IMG/VR virus record: IMGVR_UViG_3300020156_000026
Span: 1,909 to 65,908 of that record
Length of the DNA: 64,000 nucleotides
Strand: one strand, 5' to 3'
Source: a virus
Lineage: Duplodnaviria; Caudoviricetes
Shown here: in pieces, positions 48,320-57,998 of the stretch
How the letters are laid out: each line of letters starts with the position of its first letter
Position numbering within the stretch: the stretch's first letter is position 1
The notes under the pieces: model-generated
What the model was told of the DNA's origin: nothing
The model's input: the letters and a program-made list of their open reading frames with translations, nothing else
The model's database searches: none
Made by a program: the position numbers and the translations under genes

Positions 48320-49134
48320 TAGATCCTCCCAAAGGCATTAGCATAGTTGGTAACAGTAGTACCTACAAGACCCGGAGCCGTGTTGACTTCAAGTACGAAT
48401 GCCTGTGACTCACGCTCATTGTAGATTACATCCGCTGCACCAAAGTCAAGACCAAGTGCATTTACTGCTGCAACACCAGCATCAAGAACAGACTGTGGGG
48501 GAGTACGACCATCGTTACGTACAAAGACGAAACCATTGGCAAGGTTACGTACCATCCAATTGACATCTTCCTGACCACGAAATTCCTCACGGAGGCCCTT
48601 CCGCTGTACGTCAATTACCTGATTGCGCAGGACATGCACACGATATTCATCCTTCTTCTTTTTGTACTTGACATAAAGATTAGCACGAACGTCCCAAGTA
48701 TCTCCCTGTTCAGGGTCCATGATGACAATACCACGACCAGAATGTCCACGAAGGACAGTACGAGCCATGACTGTTTCATCAGCTTCAAGCCAACGATGAG
48801 CTTCGGCGATATCAGTGGTAAATTCCGGAATAGGAACACCAGCAGCTTGAAAAGCACGAAATGCCTGAAGCTTATCAGATGCCACATCAACACGTTCAGG
48901 ATGATTAAGAACGCGGCAGTTCAACAAGGTTTCCGGTGCACTCTCACGAACCTTCTGAAGACCTGCACCCCAATTGATGATAGTTTTATCAGGCTTTCCA
49001 CGGAAGTTAGAACCATGGTGCTTGATGCGGGGAACACTAAGGGCACGAGCCAGTTCCTTAGAACCTTCGGAATGCTGATTGTATGCGAACATTGCAGTAA
49101 TAGACATTTCAAATATCTCCGTCTTCATCGCCAT
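48319..49134 (-). CDS. ATP-grasp peptide/amide ligase
   Basis: SDKL, GHSGRGI, EYRVHV, DFGAADV and LEVNTAPG motifs; true start may be near 49107. Confidence 0.9.
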   Translation of the reverse strand: MAMKTEIFEMSITAMFAYNQHSEGSKELARALSVPRIKHHGSNFRGKPDKTIINWGAGLQKVRESAPETLLNCRVLNHPERVDVASDKLQAFRAFQAAGVPIPEFTTDIAEAHRWLEADETVMARTVLRGHSGRGIVIMDPEQGDTWDVRANLYVKYKKKKDEYRVHVLRNQVIDVQRKGLREEFRGQEDVNWMVRNLANGFVFVRNDGRTPPQSVLDAGVAAVNALGLDFGAADVIYNERESQAFVLEVNTAPGLVGTTVTNYANAFGRI

Positions 49135-49450
49135 TCTGTTCAGGCGAATACTTTGTTAACTTGTAGAGCTTTTCAATTTTATGTCGAGATACTACCGATT
49201 TATACCACTCATGGGCTCCACCCGGTTCATCTTTATCTCGGTCGAGATAATTAAACCCGTCCACTCTTACTCTTATTTGCCAGTCACGAGAATTAGTAAT
49301 TACGGAAACCACCTCTCCTTTGACAATGCCATCTTCCGGAATGGGATTAATCAATGAACGGTTTGATTTTATATCCCAAAATATACTATTAAGGTTTAGG
49401 ATATCTCCGACTTGGAATTCAGATGTCATATTTGCCCTCGCAAATTTCAA
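49109..49450 (-). CDS. Tagged small protein 8 (ends YSPEQNGDEDGDI)
   Basis: FQVGDI plus tag. Confidence 0.78.
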   Translation of the reverse strand: MKFARANMTSEFQVGDILNLNSIFWDIKSNRSLINPIPEDGIVKGEVVSVITNSRDWQIRVRVDGFNYLDRDKDEPGGAHEWYKSVVSRHKIEKLYKLTKYSPEQNGDEDGDI

Positions 49451-49458
49451 GATATCCT

Positions 49459-49794
49459 TCAGATATCATCATCTTCGTCACCATTTTGATCAGGTGAATA
49501 GGGTTTATGCAGAAGGCTTAACTTATTTTCTGGGAACCAATACCCATAAGAATAGTTCTTCAACCTCCTATTTATACTATCACCAGTAAAGTATTCACTT
49601 ATGTACTTCATACATGTGTCAGACAGATAGAGATAATGATGAAAATGACTACTCCCATTGTCGAGAAGTACTCCAAAAGGGTGTGCACTATATGCTGGAT
49701 CTTCCATTTCAGAGATAGCAACAATAGTGCCAGTATACTCTTTATGAGAACCCATATATGGCTTACATACTACACGATCACCAAGATTAAACAT
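49459..49794 (-). CDS. Tagged small protein 9 (ends YSPDQNGDEDDDI)
   Basis: MFNLGDRVV start overlapping the amidoligase end; tag. Confidence 0.8.
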   Translation of the reverse strand: MFNLGDRVVCKPYMGSHKEYTGTIVAISEMEDPAYSAHPFGVLLDNGSSHFHHYLYLSDTCMKYISEYFTGDSINRRLKNYSYGYWFPENKLSLLHKPYSPDQNGDEDDDI

Positions 49795-50821
49795 CTGCTG
49801 TTGCCTCAATAGTACGCACATTATTATTCCGAAGATGATACATCTCCGAGATAACAGTACGTTCATGTTCCGAAACTACATCAAAAGGAGAACCAAACTT
49901 CTCAATAGAAAGTTCATCGAGAGGTTTCTTGAGCTTTTCCTTATAGATTGGCTTGATCTTGAGAATACCAAACTTCTTCCAATCGGTAGTGATGGAAGCA
50001 AACTTGGCAGCATACGTGAGATTTACCTTGCAAAGATTTTCCGTTTCCTTCCCCTGCTTCAATACATTTGCATGTTCTTGGAACACAAGATCAACAAAAG
50101 CATTAGCACCAAGGCGCTTATACTCAAGGATGATCTTAACAGGATCAAGGTTAGGACGCTTTGCATACTCCTTCATCTTCAGAAGGATTTCAGCCCACTG
50201 AAAGATGATACGTTTGTCAGTCTCACCACGGAAAGAACGTACCTCTGCTGTCCCAAGAGTGGTAAGATTTGCCATATTAAGCGCAGCATACTTGCAACGT
50301 TCTGATGACAACCCAAGTCTGCCAAACATTCTCTTGTTGACCATCTTGAGAAGGTTCTCAAACTGAGTTACTGCACCCTCTGCATCCATCATCGGGAGAC
50401 AAAACAAGTTAGACAGACGATCAGGACCACTATACCGAATGAGAAGATTCTCCACGATGGCATAGGTTGTCATGAAATTGACCAAGCTAAGGAAAGTCTC
50501 ATTCAAGAAGTTCAGATGAACGTGAACCGAAGTAGAGATACTATCCTTGCGGAACTCGTACGTCTTGTTTACGCCATCAAACTCATCGAGGGCTAGTGAC
50601 AATCCCTTCAAGTCGAGAGGCTCCTTGAGAATGTATTCAACCCCGTAATCACGAAGAGATCCATCCTTCTTGGCCACCCAATATTTCAATCGGGGGTATT
50701 CATACCTCTTACTGCTATCCACTTCAGTTTCAATTTCGACACCAAAGTCACCAGTGTATCGCTTACCGCCGAACTTACCAGTTTGCTTGAAGATGTCGTA
50801 AATATTCGACAGTTCTTTCAT
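49787..50821 (-). CDS. Putative amidoligase (GS-fold COOH-NH2 ligase, Amidoligase_2-like)
   Basis: GVEIE, DGSLR..GVEY, SVHVHLN, KYAALN and EVRSF motifs. Confidence 0.88.
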   Translation of the reverse strand: MKELSNIYDIFKQTGKFGGKRYTGDFGVEIETEVDSSKRYEYPRLKYWVAKKDGSLRDYGVEYILKEPLDLKGLSLALDEFDGVNKTYEFRKDSISTSVHVHLNFLNETFLSLVNFMTTYAIVENLLIRYSGPDRLSNLFCLPMMDAEGAVTQFENLLKMVNKRMFGRLGLSSERCKYAALNMANLTTLGTAEVRSFRGETDKRIIFQWAEILLKMKEYAKRPNLDPVKIILEYKRLGANAFVDLVFQEHANVLKQGKETENLCKVNLTYAAKFASITTDWKKFGILKIKPIYKEKLKKPLDELSIEKFGSPFDVVSEHERTVISEMYHLRNNNVRTIEATADV

Positions 50822-50822
50822 G

Positions 50823-51437
50823 TTATACCTCGACTACAGTCCAACCAGGGACTTCCTCAATCACATCCTTATAGATGAAAGAGAGTTCACTCTTGGGAAT
50901 GTTGATCGTAGTGCTACCCACACGCATAGTTCCAACTTCTTCTTCCTTGACAAAGATAGAATAGTTAGCACCTACGCGCTTGAGAGCCACATTACGTGAT
51001 ACAGCAGCAGATGCCCATCCACCTTTGATAAGCATTTCTTGTGCAGATACCACAGTTGGATACTTGTTCATCACACAATCAACCAATCCTTGGCACTGTT
51101 GAAGACTACCAAAGTTGATCGAACCCTCTTCACCAAGAGTTTTCTGTGTGAGATAGCTGATTTCAACACCTTGCTTGAACCGACGGAGAGGTTCACGCTT
51201 AAGATATACAGCCAACTTCTTTCGGCCTGCAAAATTCACATAGCCGAGAGGAATGGAACTAATATCTAGATCAGCATCATCCGGTTCCACACGTCGGATG
51301 AGTTCTCCCTTGACCAAATCAACTAGACCAATAGTACCAGTTGAATCCACCTCTGCAATAAACGGAGTACCCTTATGACGGATAATCGTATGGTGCAGAC
51401 GTGCACGAATGTCATCACCTTTATACTTATTGCGCAT
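50823..51437 (-). CDS. Hypothetical protein of the amidoligase cluster
   Basis: IPLGYVN...YLKREPLRRFKQG; lies between the two ligases. Confidence 0.75.
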   Translation of the reverse strand: MRNKYKGDDIRARLHHTIIRHKGTPFIAEVDSTGTIGLVDLVKGELIRRVEPDDADLDISSIPLGYVNFAGRKKLAVYLKREPLRRFKQGVEISYLTQKTLGEEGSINFGSLQQCQGLVDCVMNKYPTVVSAQEMLIKGGWASAAVSRNVALKRVGANYSIFVKEEEVGTMRVGSTTINIPKSELSFIYKDVIEEVPGWTVVEV

Positions 51438-51446
51438 TGTTAGTCC

Positions 51447-51776
51447 TTAAATATCCTCATCCGTATCGCCATTCTGTTCAGGCGAGTATGGTTTTGTTTT
51501 AGCCTTTATATAAATTTTATGCGTCTTACGGCTAATATGAGTTCCAGCACCTGTTGGTATATGATTCCACGGATAATCCGAAAATCTTGCCCAAACTCTA
51601 TTCTCTCCATGAAGTTTCGATATCATGGCTTCTGCGGAGTTATGAGTCACATATCCATAACGAATACGTGAAAGATCACCAGTATGCCATGGATCTCTTA
51701 CATAGAGGATTTCATCCCCTTCTTTAAGTTCAACGGATTTGTCGAGGGGGACATAACCTTCTGGAATTTTAACCAT
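51447..51776 (-). CDS. Tagged small protein 10 (ends YSPEQNGDTDEDI)
   Basis: LKEGDEI plus tag; start moved to MVKIP. Confidence 0.8.
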   Translation of the reverse strand: MVKIPEGYVPLDKSVELKEGDEILYVRDPWHTGDLSRIRYGYVTHNSAEAMISKLHGENRVWARFSDYPWNHIPTGAGTHISRKTHKIYIKAKTKPYSPEQNGDTDEDI

Positions 51777-51780
51777 AGGA

Positions 51781-52488
51781 TTACATTCCCGTAATCTCTT
51801 GAAGGGTAGTACGGACCTCATTGAACATCTTCCGTCGAAGCTTTTCTTCACTCACCCACACATTAGAAGGGGCACGAAGTTCTACTCCATACTTCTTGGG
51901 ACGGAAGGAACCACTGTGGCCATAATACCTCAACCGCTCCTGCTCATCTTGGGTATTGGGGGAGAAGGATAACAGGTGTGCATTATAGAACCCCTGCGCA
52001 ATATAGAGGCAATCCTCGAAGTGGTCTCGAACAGTAGGATCATCAACGTTAGTCCAACCAATATGGACATGGCCAGCCGCAGTACGAATGGGACGATCTT
52101 CCAGACGCATGATGGGGTTTTCATTCACTTCCCCATGAACATTAAAGTCCGGATCACATCCAAGCACCTTCGCCTGATCAGGTACGCTCGACCAAACACG
52201 TTCAGAGAACTTCGCCAGAGGTACAAAACGAAGAATGAGGTCTTTGTCAACCTTTTTCACCATTTCATCCATCTGTTTCAACACAGTTTCAATGTTCCGA
52301 TTGAACTGATCTTCTGTTTCAGCAGGATCAATGTTGAACTCAGCAGCTACACCATCCGGCTGAACTGCGCCACACTCTACCTGAAACGGAGATTTCTTCG
52401 ACCCAGGAATAATATCGTGAGCAGAGATAAAAGTCCCTGCCTTGTCAACAATAAAAAGTTCCGGATCAGCACCCAAAAGAATTGCCAT
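51781..52488 (-). CDS. phiEco32-like COOH-NH2 ligase type 2
   Basis: GADPELF, DGVAAEFN, GCDPD, RTAAGHVHIG and YG..GSFRPKKYGVELR motifs. Confidence 0.9.
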   Translation of the reverse strand: MAILLGADPELFIVDKAGTFISAHDIIPGSKKSPFQVECGAVQPDGVAAEFNIDPAETEDQFNRNIETVLKQMDEMVKKVDKDLILRFVPLAKFSERVWSSVPDQAKVLGCDPDFNVHGEVNENPIMRLEDRPIRTAAGHVHIGWTNVDDPTVRDHFEDCLYIAQGFYNAHLLSFSPNTQDEQERLRYYGHSGSFRPKKYGVELRAPSNVWVSEEKLRRKMFNEVRTTLQEITGM

Positions 52489-53592
52489 TTATGCATTTTC
52501 CTTTAAAACGTTAAGTGGATCACACTCTTCGCAATAATGCTTCTGCATTGAAGAGTCCCACCGAGGATAACCTTTAAGACCCCGACGAGAATAATTTGTC
52601 TCAATCAGGTTCATTGTCTTAGCTCCACACGCACATTTGGAGAAAAATGACTTAATCTTCCCGTTTTCTTGTGATTTCGGAAAGTCAACTACATTATTTT
52701 TATTGGCAGGAGTAATTTTCTCTTGCTTTAATGGATAAGAGTACTCAGGAGCAGTCCAACCAAAGGCATGTTGATCCTCTTTTGACTTAACCTGAGGTAC
52801 AGACGTAGGCTTAAAAGGGGCCTCGTCCTTCTTTTCCTCCTTCTTCTCCAACTCTGGCTTGAAAAGGTGAGTTACCTTCATACAATCCAGCGCAGCCTTC
52901 TTACAGGAAATCTCCGAAGGGACAACCTTTAAAAGTTTATGGGGAAGAAGATTGAAATACTTGGCATTAACACCATGCCTGTTCAAGACGAACTTGAGCA
53001 TTTCCTTTTCAGATGCCCAATACATCACATTACGATCTTCCAAAAAAGCAAGAGCTAGTGTTCGCTTCTCATTTCGACCGAAATATAATGCACCATCAGT
53101 GCGATCATAGATAACAACTGCATATGCACTGTCGTCATTCAACTCACTGATGACAGGAATGATCCCACGATTGTTCATATCGCGGAACATAAGTTCACTG
53201 TCCGTCTTATCCTTGTCCTGATACTTCTGATCCTTCAGTGTACCATTATGGGCACCAACAAAACGTTCAACAATGAAGGGATGAGAGTTAGCACTACAGA
53301 TACGACCACGAGTAGCAGCACGAACGTGCATCATGATGATATCACAGGATACGTTATTCAACACATCCTTATATGCTTTGTCCCAATCAATCTCATCCAA
53401 CATAGTACTGAAATTTTCAGAAGTTTTGTAGATGAAAGAGTTGTTAAACTTTTGGTTTCGACGAGCAGAAGAAATTTGAAAAACTCCTGCACCATCTCTT
53501 CCCCGAATTTGCGACAAGATGCCGAGGTTACGGGCGATAGACAAGTCTTGGGCATTAATTCCTGGGCCAGCTAACCCTGCGTGTCCACACAA
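52489..53592 (-). CDS. Class II (Ntn) glutamine amidotransferase with C-terminal Cys pairs
   Basis: MCGHAG, RGRDGAG, HVRAAT, HPF, AHNG and TDSE motifs; CAC...CEEC tail. Confidence 0.9.
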   Translation of the reverse strand: MCGHAGLAGPGINAQDLSIARNLGILSQIRGRDGAGVFQISSARRNQKFNNSFIYKTSENFSTMLDEIDWDKAYKDVLNNVSCDIIMMHVRAATRGRICSANSHPFIVERFVGAHNGTLKDQKYQDKDKTDSELMFRDMNNRGIIPVISELNDDSAYAVVIYDRTDGALYFGRNEKRTLALAFLEDRNVMYWASEKEMLKFVLNRHGVNAKYFNLLPHKLLKVVPSEISCKKAALDCMKVTHLFKPELEKKEEKKDEAPFKPTSVPQVKSKEDQHAFGWTAPEYSYPLKQEKITPANKNNVVDFPKSQENGKIKSFFSKCACGAKTMNLIETNYSRRGLKGYPRWDSSMQKHYCEECDPLNVLKENA

Positions 53593-53607
53593 ATCGCAAT
53601 TCCTTTT

Positions 53608-53901
53608 TTAAATGTCATCATCAGTATCACCCGATTGTTCAGGTGAATACGGTCTTACGACCTGTTTGAATCTCCAAGGGTAAGCATTAGGGATTACATC
53701 ACCAGTTTTAAGTTCAGTTACAGGGACTGTCTGGTATTTATGACCATACCTTTCTGTTTCTCCAAAACTTAATTGCTCCCATTGATGATCTGTATAGGAT
53801 GGTCCTGAAAGATAACCTTCGTGTGGAATGTCAATCTCATAAAGCTCACCCACGATCAGACGACCGCTATATGTACTCACTGCTTCAACTATTACTTTCA
53901 T
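53608..53901 (-). CDS. Tagged small protein 11 (ends YSPEQSGDTDDDI)
   Basis: Tag; ATGA coupling. Confidence 0.8.
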   Translation of the reverse strand: MKVIVEAVSTYSGRLIVGELYEIDIPHEGYLSGPSYTDHQWEQLSFGETERYGHKYQTVPVTELKTGDVIPNAYPWRFKQVVRPYSPEQSGDTDDDI

Positions 53902-54503
53902 CGGAGCAACCCCACAAGAGCAAGGAAATGAGACTTCTGGCTGTAATCCCTAGCCCTTTCAGGACGAGGTTGATAACAAAGACAATTGGTGTCGTCATAC
54001 CAAACGATCTCTGATTCAAACTTAGGAAATACCACGGGGTTAATACCTTCACGATAGAAGGCTTTCCCTACATTTTCAGAGTACCCCAAGATTTCAGCCT
54101 TGTCAGTTGGAATCATCATCTGATGGTGAGTGCTATCTACACGCATCAAACTATGGTCCAAGGTATTATAGATGTAGTGATCACCTACATGCCCACTCAC
54201 ATGCTGATAGAGCTTACCTCCATTCATCACATTAAGGAACTGAGCCCCTCGTCCAATACCCACCTTCAACTGCTTCTTACGAGTTGCCCGCCAGACCTCA
54301 CAGTCCAACTTATCCCTCATAAGATTTAGGTTGACAGTTCTGTGAGCTTTCGTCTCACCATAAAGTTCAGGATTAACATCCTCACCTCCAGGAAAAACTA
54401 CAATATCAGCGTTCTCTGCACGAGAAATGATACTGAAATTCTCATCAGAAAATAGTTTAGCGACTTCTCGGTCGTGAGTTGAAAACCCAACTGTAATTGA
54501 CAT
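53898..54503 (-). CDS. Class I glutamine amidotransferase / peptidase C26-like protein lacking catalytic residues
   Basis: PGGEDVNPELYG, RD and STHHQ motifs; GIGRGAQ instead of GICRG and QPRPE instead of QxHPE. Confidence 0.8.
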   Translation of the reverse strand: MSITVGFSTHDREVAKLFSDENFSIISRAENADIVVFPGGEDVNPELYGETKAHRTVNLNLMRDKLDCEVWRATRKKQLKVGIGRGAQFLNVMNGGKLYQHVSGHVGDHYIYNTLDHSLMRVDSTHHQMMIPTDKAEILGYSENVGKAFYREGINPVVFPKFESEIVWYDDTNCLCYQPRPERARDYSQKSHFLALVGLLR

Positions 54504-54512
54504 TAAGTATCC

Positions 54513-54836
54513 TCATATGTCATCGTCAGTGTTACCGTTTTGATCAGGTGAATACGGTTTAATCGAATCAACTTTTTTGAGAAAATCCATCCGACATAGA
54601 TATCCATCCGGATTATAACGGCCATCGTAACTTAATAGGTATTCTCTTATTTCAGGGGTTTCCCATCTGATCACCGCCATATCCGAAAACTCTTTTATTG
54701 CGAGGATCACCCCCTCGCCGGAGATACGAGACGAAAAAGCCCCATGATAAGAGATTCGATCCCCTGTCTTTAAACGAGTTCGTTCTTCCAACGTTCCTGC
54801 TCCATACGGATCTGACGGAGGGAAAGGTTCAACCAA
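54513..54836 (-). CDS. Tagged small protein 12 (ends YSPDQNGNTDDDI)
   Basis: LKTGDRI plus tag; start uncertain. Confidence 0.75.
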   Translation of the reverse strand: MVEPFPPSDPYGAGTLEERTRLKTGDRISYHGAFSSRISGEGVILAIKEFSDMAVIRWETPEIREYLLSYDGRYNPDGYLCRMDFLKKVDSIKPYSPDQNGNTDDDI

Positions 54837-55435
54837 GCATCACCACGGTTCTGCCATGTGTACAGGTCAATACCAAACTTCATCTTGATATGGCGACGAG
54901 CCACTTCAGGAGAAACGAGAAGAACTTCACCAACAGGGTTGTCCAAGATAGCATTCTGCTGAACGATCTTATTGACCTTGAGGTTCTTGATAGCTTCGAA
55001 CTTCTGACGAGCAGGGTCAGGCTTCTTCGGAGGATCGATCTTGTCCCGAAGTTCAATCAACTCCTTGTGGAATGCGTTAAGGCTCTCTTCATACTTGGTA
55101 GGATTAGTAGCCCACAAGGCAAGATCACCAGTCTCCTTATGGCGATGTGCGTCGTTATCCTTCTTAGTGCCAACGTAAACTCTCTCAAATCCACACTTCG
55201 GCATGAACTCGTCAAGACCATAGTTGTCGATCTGATTCTGTGTAGTGAACGCATGAAGGATAGCAAAGTCACGCTTGAACCCTCCCTTACGAAGATCTTC
55301 CACCATTCCAAGTTGAGCCCGAAGTTTCAGCTTAGGGTCTTTGTCATTGAGTCCTTGACGGGACCAACCAGTGATCAAAGAGGCAGTGCAAGTAGTCGGT
55401 ACAGAATTATGTTGGATCATATTACTTCCTTTCAA
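54770..55435 (-). CDS. Hypothetical protein of the cluster
   Basis: Codon use like highly expressed genes; AAGGA RBS before MIQHNS. Confidence 0.7.
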   Translation of the reverse strand: MKGSNMIQHNSVPTTCTASLITGWSRQGLNDKDPKLKLRAQLGMVEDLRKGGFKRDFAILHAFTTQNQIDNYGLDEFMPKCGFERVYVGTKKDNDAHRHKETGDLALWATNPTKYEESLNAFHKELIELRDKIDPPKKPDPARQKFEAIKNLKVNKIVQQNAILDNPVGEVLLVSPEVARRHIKMKFGIDLYTWQNRGDAWLNLSLRQIRMEQERWKNELV

Positions 55436-55821
55436 ATATCAAGGTCTGCATCATCACCGGATTGTTCCGGAGAATAAGGTTTGATTAGTTTTCGGTAGAT
55501 GTAGAGAGGAAATCTTTCTTGGCTGATAAGACAATGAGAACCTCCCCTCGATTCATCAATTGACACCCTCTCTGCTGACTCCAATGAAAAAGTTTCATTA
55601 TCTGCGAAGCTGAAGATAGCATAAATTCGCTGATCATCACATTGACTAAGTGTCTTTTTAGTCACCTTTCCAAAATGTTTAAATCCGGGAGCATAACTTC
55701 TAGTAAACTCCCCTTCATGTGTCCAAAAGATAATATCTCCTGGAGCTATTTGGTTTTTAGAGAGGATACGTTCGTATTCACCATCATATATCATCATTAG
55801 CTCCACTAATTCCAATGACAC
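55432..55821 (-). CDS. Tagged small protein 13 (ends YSPEQSGDDADLDI)
   Basis: IAPGDII plus a tag with a one-residue insertion. Confidence 0.75.
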   Translation of the reverse strand: MSLELVELMMIYDGEYERILSKNQIAPGDIIFWTHEGEFTRSYAPGFKHFGKVTKKTLSQCDDQRIYAIFSFADNETFSLESAERVSIDESRGGSHCLISQERFPLYIYRKLIKPYSPEQSGDDADLDI

Positions 55822-56111
55822 TATATGTCATCATCTTGATCCCCGTTCTGATCAGGTGAATAATGAGTAGTAGCAATCTTCACAAGAGCCATAATACCAA
55901 AACGAGTATCATTGGGGTTTTTCTCTATGGATCTATCTATGGCTTCATGTAGTGCTATACCGTCATCCCAATCGATGAAATAACTATCACCATAAATTAC
56001 TTCACGGACTGTACCCTTATGAATCCCTTTAATTTTAAGAAAAGGGTTAAAGAATTGTATTCGATCACCAACACTCAAACGTTGGCGAGATTGTTCATCC
56101 CAAGAAATCAT
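55821..56111 (-). CDS. Tagged small protein 14 (ends YSPDQNGDQDDDI)
   Basis: LSVGDRI plus tag; GAGG RBS. Confidence 0.8.
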   Translation of the reverse strand: MISWDEQSRQRLSVGDRIQFFNPFLKIKGIHKGTVREVIYGDSYFIDWDDGIALHEAIDRSIEKNPNDTRFGIMALVKIATTHYSPDQNGDQDDDI

Positions 56112-56131
56112 AGGGACCCTCTATTTTTGTG

Positions 56132-56160
56132 TTGACAAAGAAAAGAAAATGTGCTACCCT
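56132..56160 (+). promoter_or_regulatory. Possible antisense sigma70 promoter
   Basis: TTGACA-17 nt-TACCCT with TGC extension, in an AT-rich gap. Confidence 0.45.
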
Positions 56161-56307
56161 TATACAAGTAGTATATATATATACTCTATTGGTATACACC
56201 ATTGGGATATCTAAAAGAATTATATTAACTTATTGTTCCATTAGATATACCAATAGAATATATCCCCAAGTATATTTCAACTTGGGGATTATATATTTCC
56301 TGAAGAA

Positions 56308-56565
56308 TTACCTCCGGAGCTTCATCTCTTTGTAATAGCAAATCTTGCCAAAGATGAAGGACAGAAGGAAGAAGATACCAGGAATTAGGGAAATGACCCC
56401 TAGGAACCTGATAACATTAAGTACTCCAAAATCCTGCACTGCAAAATAGAAAAGAAGCCCCAGGATAAGTGCAAAGAATGCACCTAGGAGAAGAATAAAG
56501 GTAATCGTGACACCTTCATTCCAATTGCATCGACGTAGAAACTCTTTCACTTTTCGAACTTCCAA
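56308..56565 (-). CDS. Two-TM membrane protein
   Basis: Two long hydrophobic segments. Confidence 0.65.
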   Translation of the reverse strand: MEVRKVKEFLRRCNWNEGVTITFILLLGAFFALILGLLFYFAVQDFGVLNVIRFLGVISLIPGIFFLLSFIFGKICYYKEMKLRR

Positions 56566-56774
56566 TCGTAGATCAAAGAATCACTTTTTTCGCTTAGAGT
56601 GATCCGAGCGGTGACTTCATAAACTTCAAAATCCTGAAGATCACCGAAACCTTGACTGAGGATGTGAGCAGAAATAGCCTTTTCAACCCCCTTTTGAGAG
56701 GGGAACAGACCATCGATACTTTCCTCATTAACAACCTGCTCAGTACCATCCAGTATCAAATACTTCTTTGTCAT
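56547..56774 (-). CDS. Hypothetical protein
   Basis: RBS; tight packing. Confidence 0.6.
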   Translation of the reverse strand: MTKKYLILDGTEQVVNEESIDGLFPSQKGVEKAISAHILSQGFGDLQDFEVYEVTARITLSEKSDSLIYDWKFEK

Positions 56775-56787
56775 TCAAAGACCCTTC

Positions 56788-57024
56788 CTAATCATTGCAA
56801 AGAGTGACAGTGCCGATATAATCGGTAAATTCATCAGGTATAAAATTTCCTGATGTTCCGATACCCTCACCTTTTTTACTTTCACCATGGATGATTACAC
56901 CATGGTAAAAGAGATTATCCTGGCGGGTTGCCAAGATGATTGTATGGGGGTGAATTTTCCGTGCCATCAACTTAGGGAATGGACGGTAACATCTGCAATT
57001 ACGTTCGCCGAGTTCACTCTTCAT
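56788..57024 (-). CDS. Hypothetical protein
   Basis: Ends FTDYIGTVTLCND; tight packing. Confidence 0.6.
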   Translation of the reverse strand: MKSELGERNCRCYRPFPKLMARKIHPHTIILATRQDNLFYHGVIIHGESKKGEGIGTSGNFIPDEFTDYIGTVTLCND

Positions 57025-57026
57025 TG

Positions 57027-57416
57027 TTACCTACTCCAATAGTGTTCATTACCATCAATGTGGCAATGTTCCATTCCTACAAAATTACGCCAGCAGTTCT
57101 TGCCACCGACGTACATGCCCACTTCTCGTCCCCCTCGTGTTACCACGTTCTCACGTGTGTACATGTGGGGAACACCTTCAAGACCATCCAAACGGGCTAG
57201 TGTACTTGCCGCCCGTTCATCCGTTAGGGGATCACCAATATCCCATACTTCACCACGCACAGCAGTGAGAGGGTTAGGATTAGCGACGGGGAAACCAGAA
57301 TAATAAAGCTCGTAACCTTCGACAACATCTTCACCTACCAGTGTAGCTTGACCTGATGACAGGATACGATTGTTACCGTACCCCTGCTTCAACGTTCCGT
57401 ATACAAAAACCTGCAA
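57027..57416 (-). CDS. Gamma-glutamyl(amine) cyclotransferase (GGACT/AIG2-like)
   Basis: VFVYGTLKQG, VRGEVW and LDGLEG...YTR motifs. Confidence 0.9.
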   Translation of the reverse strand: MQVFVYGTLKQGYGNNRILSSGQATLVGEDVVEGYELYYSGFPVANPNPLTAVRGEVWDIGDPLTDERAASTLARLDGLEGVPHMYTRENVVTRGGREVGMYVGGKNCWRNFVGMEHCHIDGNEHYWSR

Positions 57417-57659
57417 TTAATTTACCTTTTCTCTTTTGATCGCCATACTAATCTTTTCAACTGGCTTGAATATAACTTCACAGAGGTAGAATTCTGGAGC
57501 AGACAAAGAAAACTCTTCAAACTCATCTTCAGCATTACTTCTAGACCAATGGATGCCAGAAATGTCGTTTACTTCTTCTACACCTTCAGACTTTGGGTTA
57601 GTTTCGACAAGACAATAAAATCTACCTTCTGCATCAATAGTAATAGTTTTCTTTTTCAC
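57417..57659 (-). CDS. Hypothetical protein
   Basis: Tight packing. Confidence 0.55.
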   Translation of the reverse strand: MKKKTITIDAEGRFYCLVETNPKSEGVEEVNDISGIHWSRSNAEDEFEEFSLSAPEFYLCEVIFKPVEKISMAIKREKVN

Positions 57660-57859
57660 AGCCGAAATTCCTGTGTGATGAGTGAAGCATGATGTTCGCG
57701 CATATCCTCAAGGATACGAGAACCCTCGGGTAGTTCCCAAATACGGTCTGCTTGCCTCATAACTGCCCGTACAGAGGGTTTCTCATCCCTGCCGAAGGTA
57801 GACTGCTCCTGAGCAAAGATGCGCTTGTATAGCCTTCCATGACGTTCTGTGTATTTCAC
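57656..57859 (-). CDS. Hypothetical protein
   Basis: Tight packing. Confidence 0.55.
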   Translation of the reverse strand: MKYTERHGRLYKRIFAQEQSTFGRDEKPSVRAVMRQADRIWELPEGSRILEDMREHHASLITQEFRL

Positions 57860-57998
57860 CTCAACAACCCCTTTTTCTTGAGGGCTTTAATGATCGCTTT
57901 AGCCTCTTGTTCCACAGAAGTGCGATCCCATTCACTTAGCCCAGCATGTCGGATAATAGTATCCGTGATTAAATCTAATACCTCTTGTTGAGGTTTTT

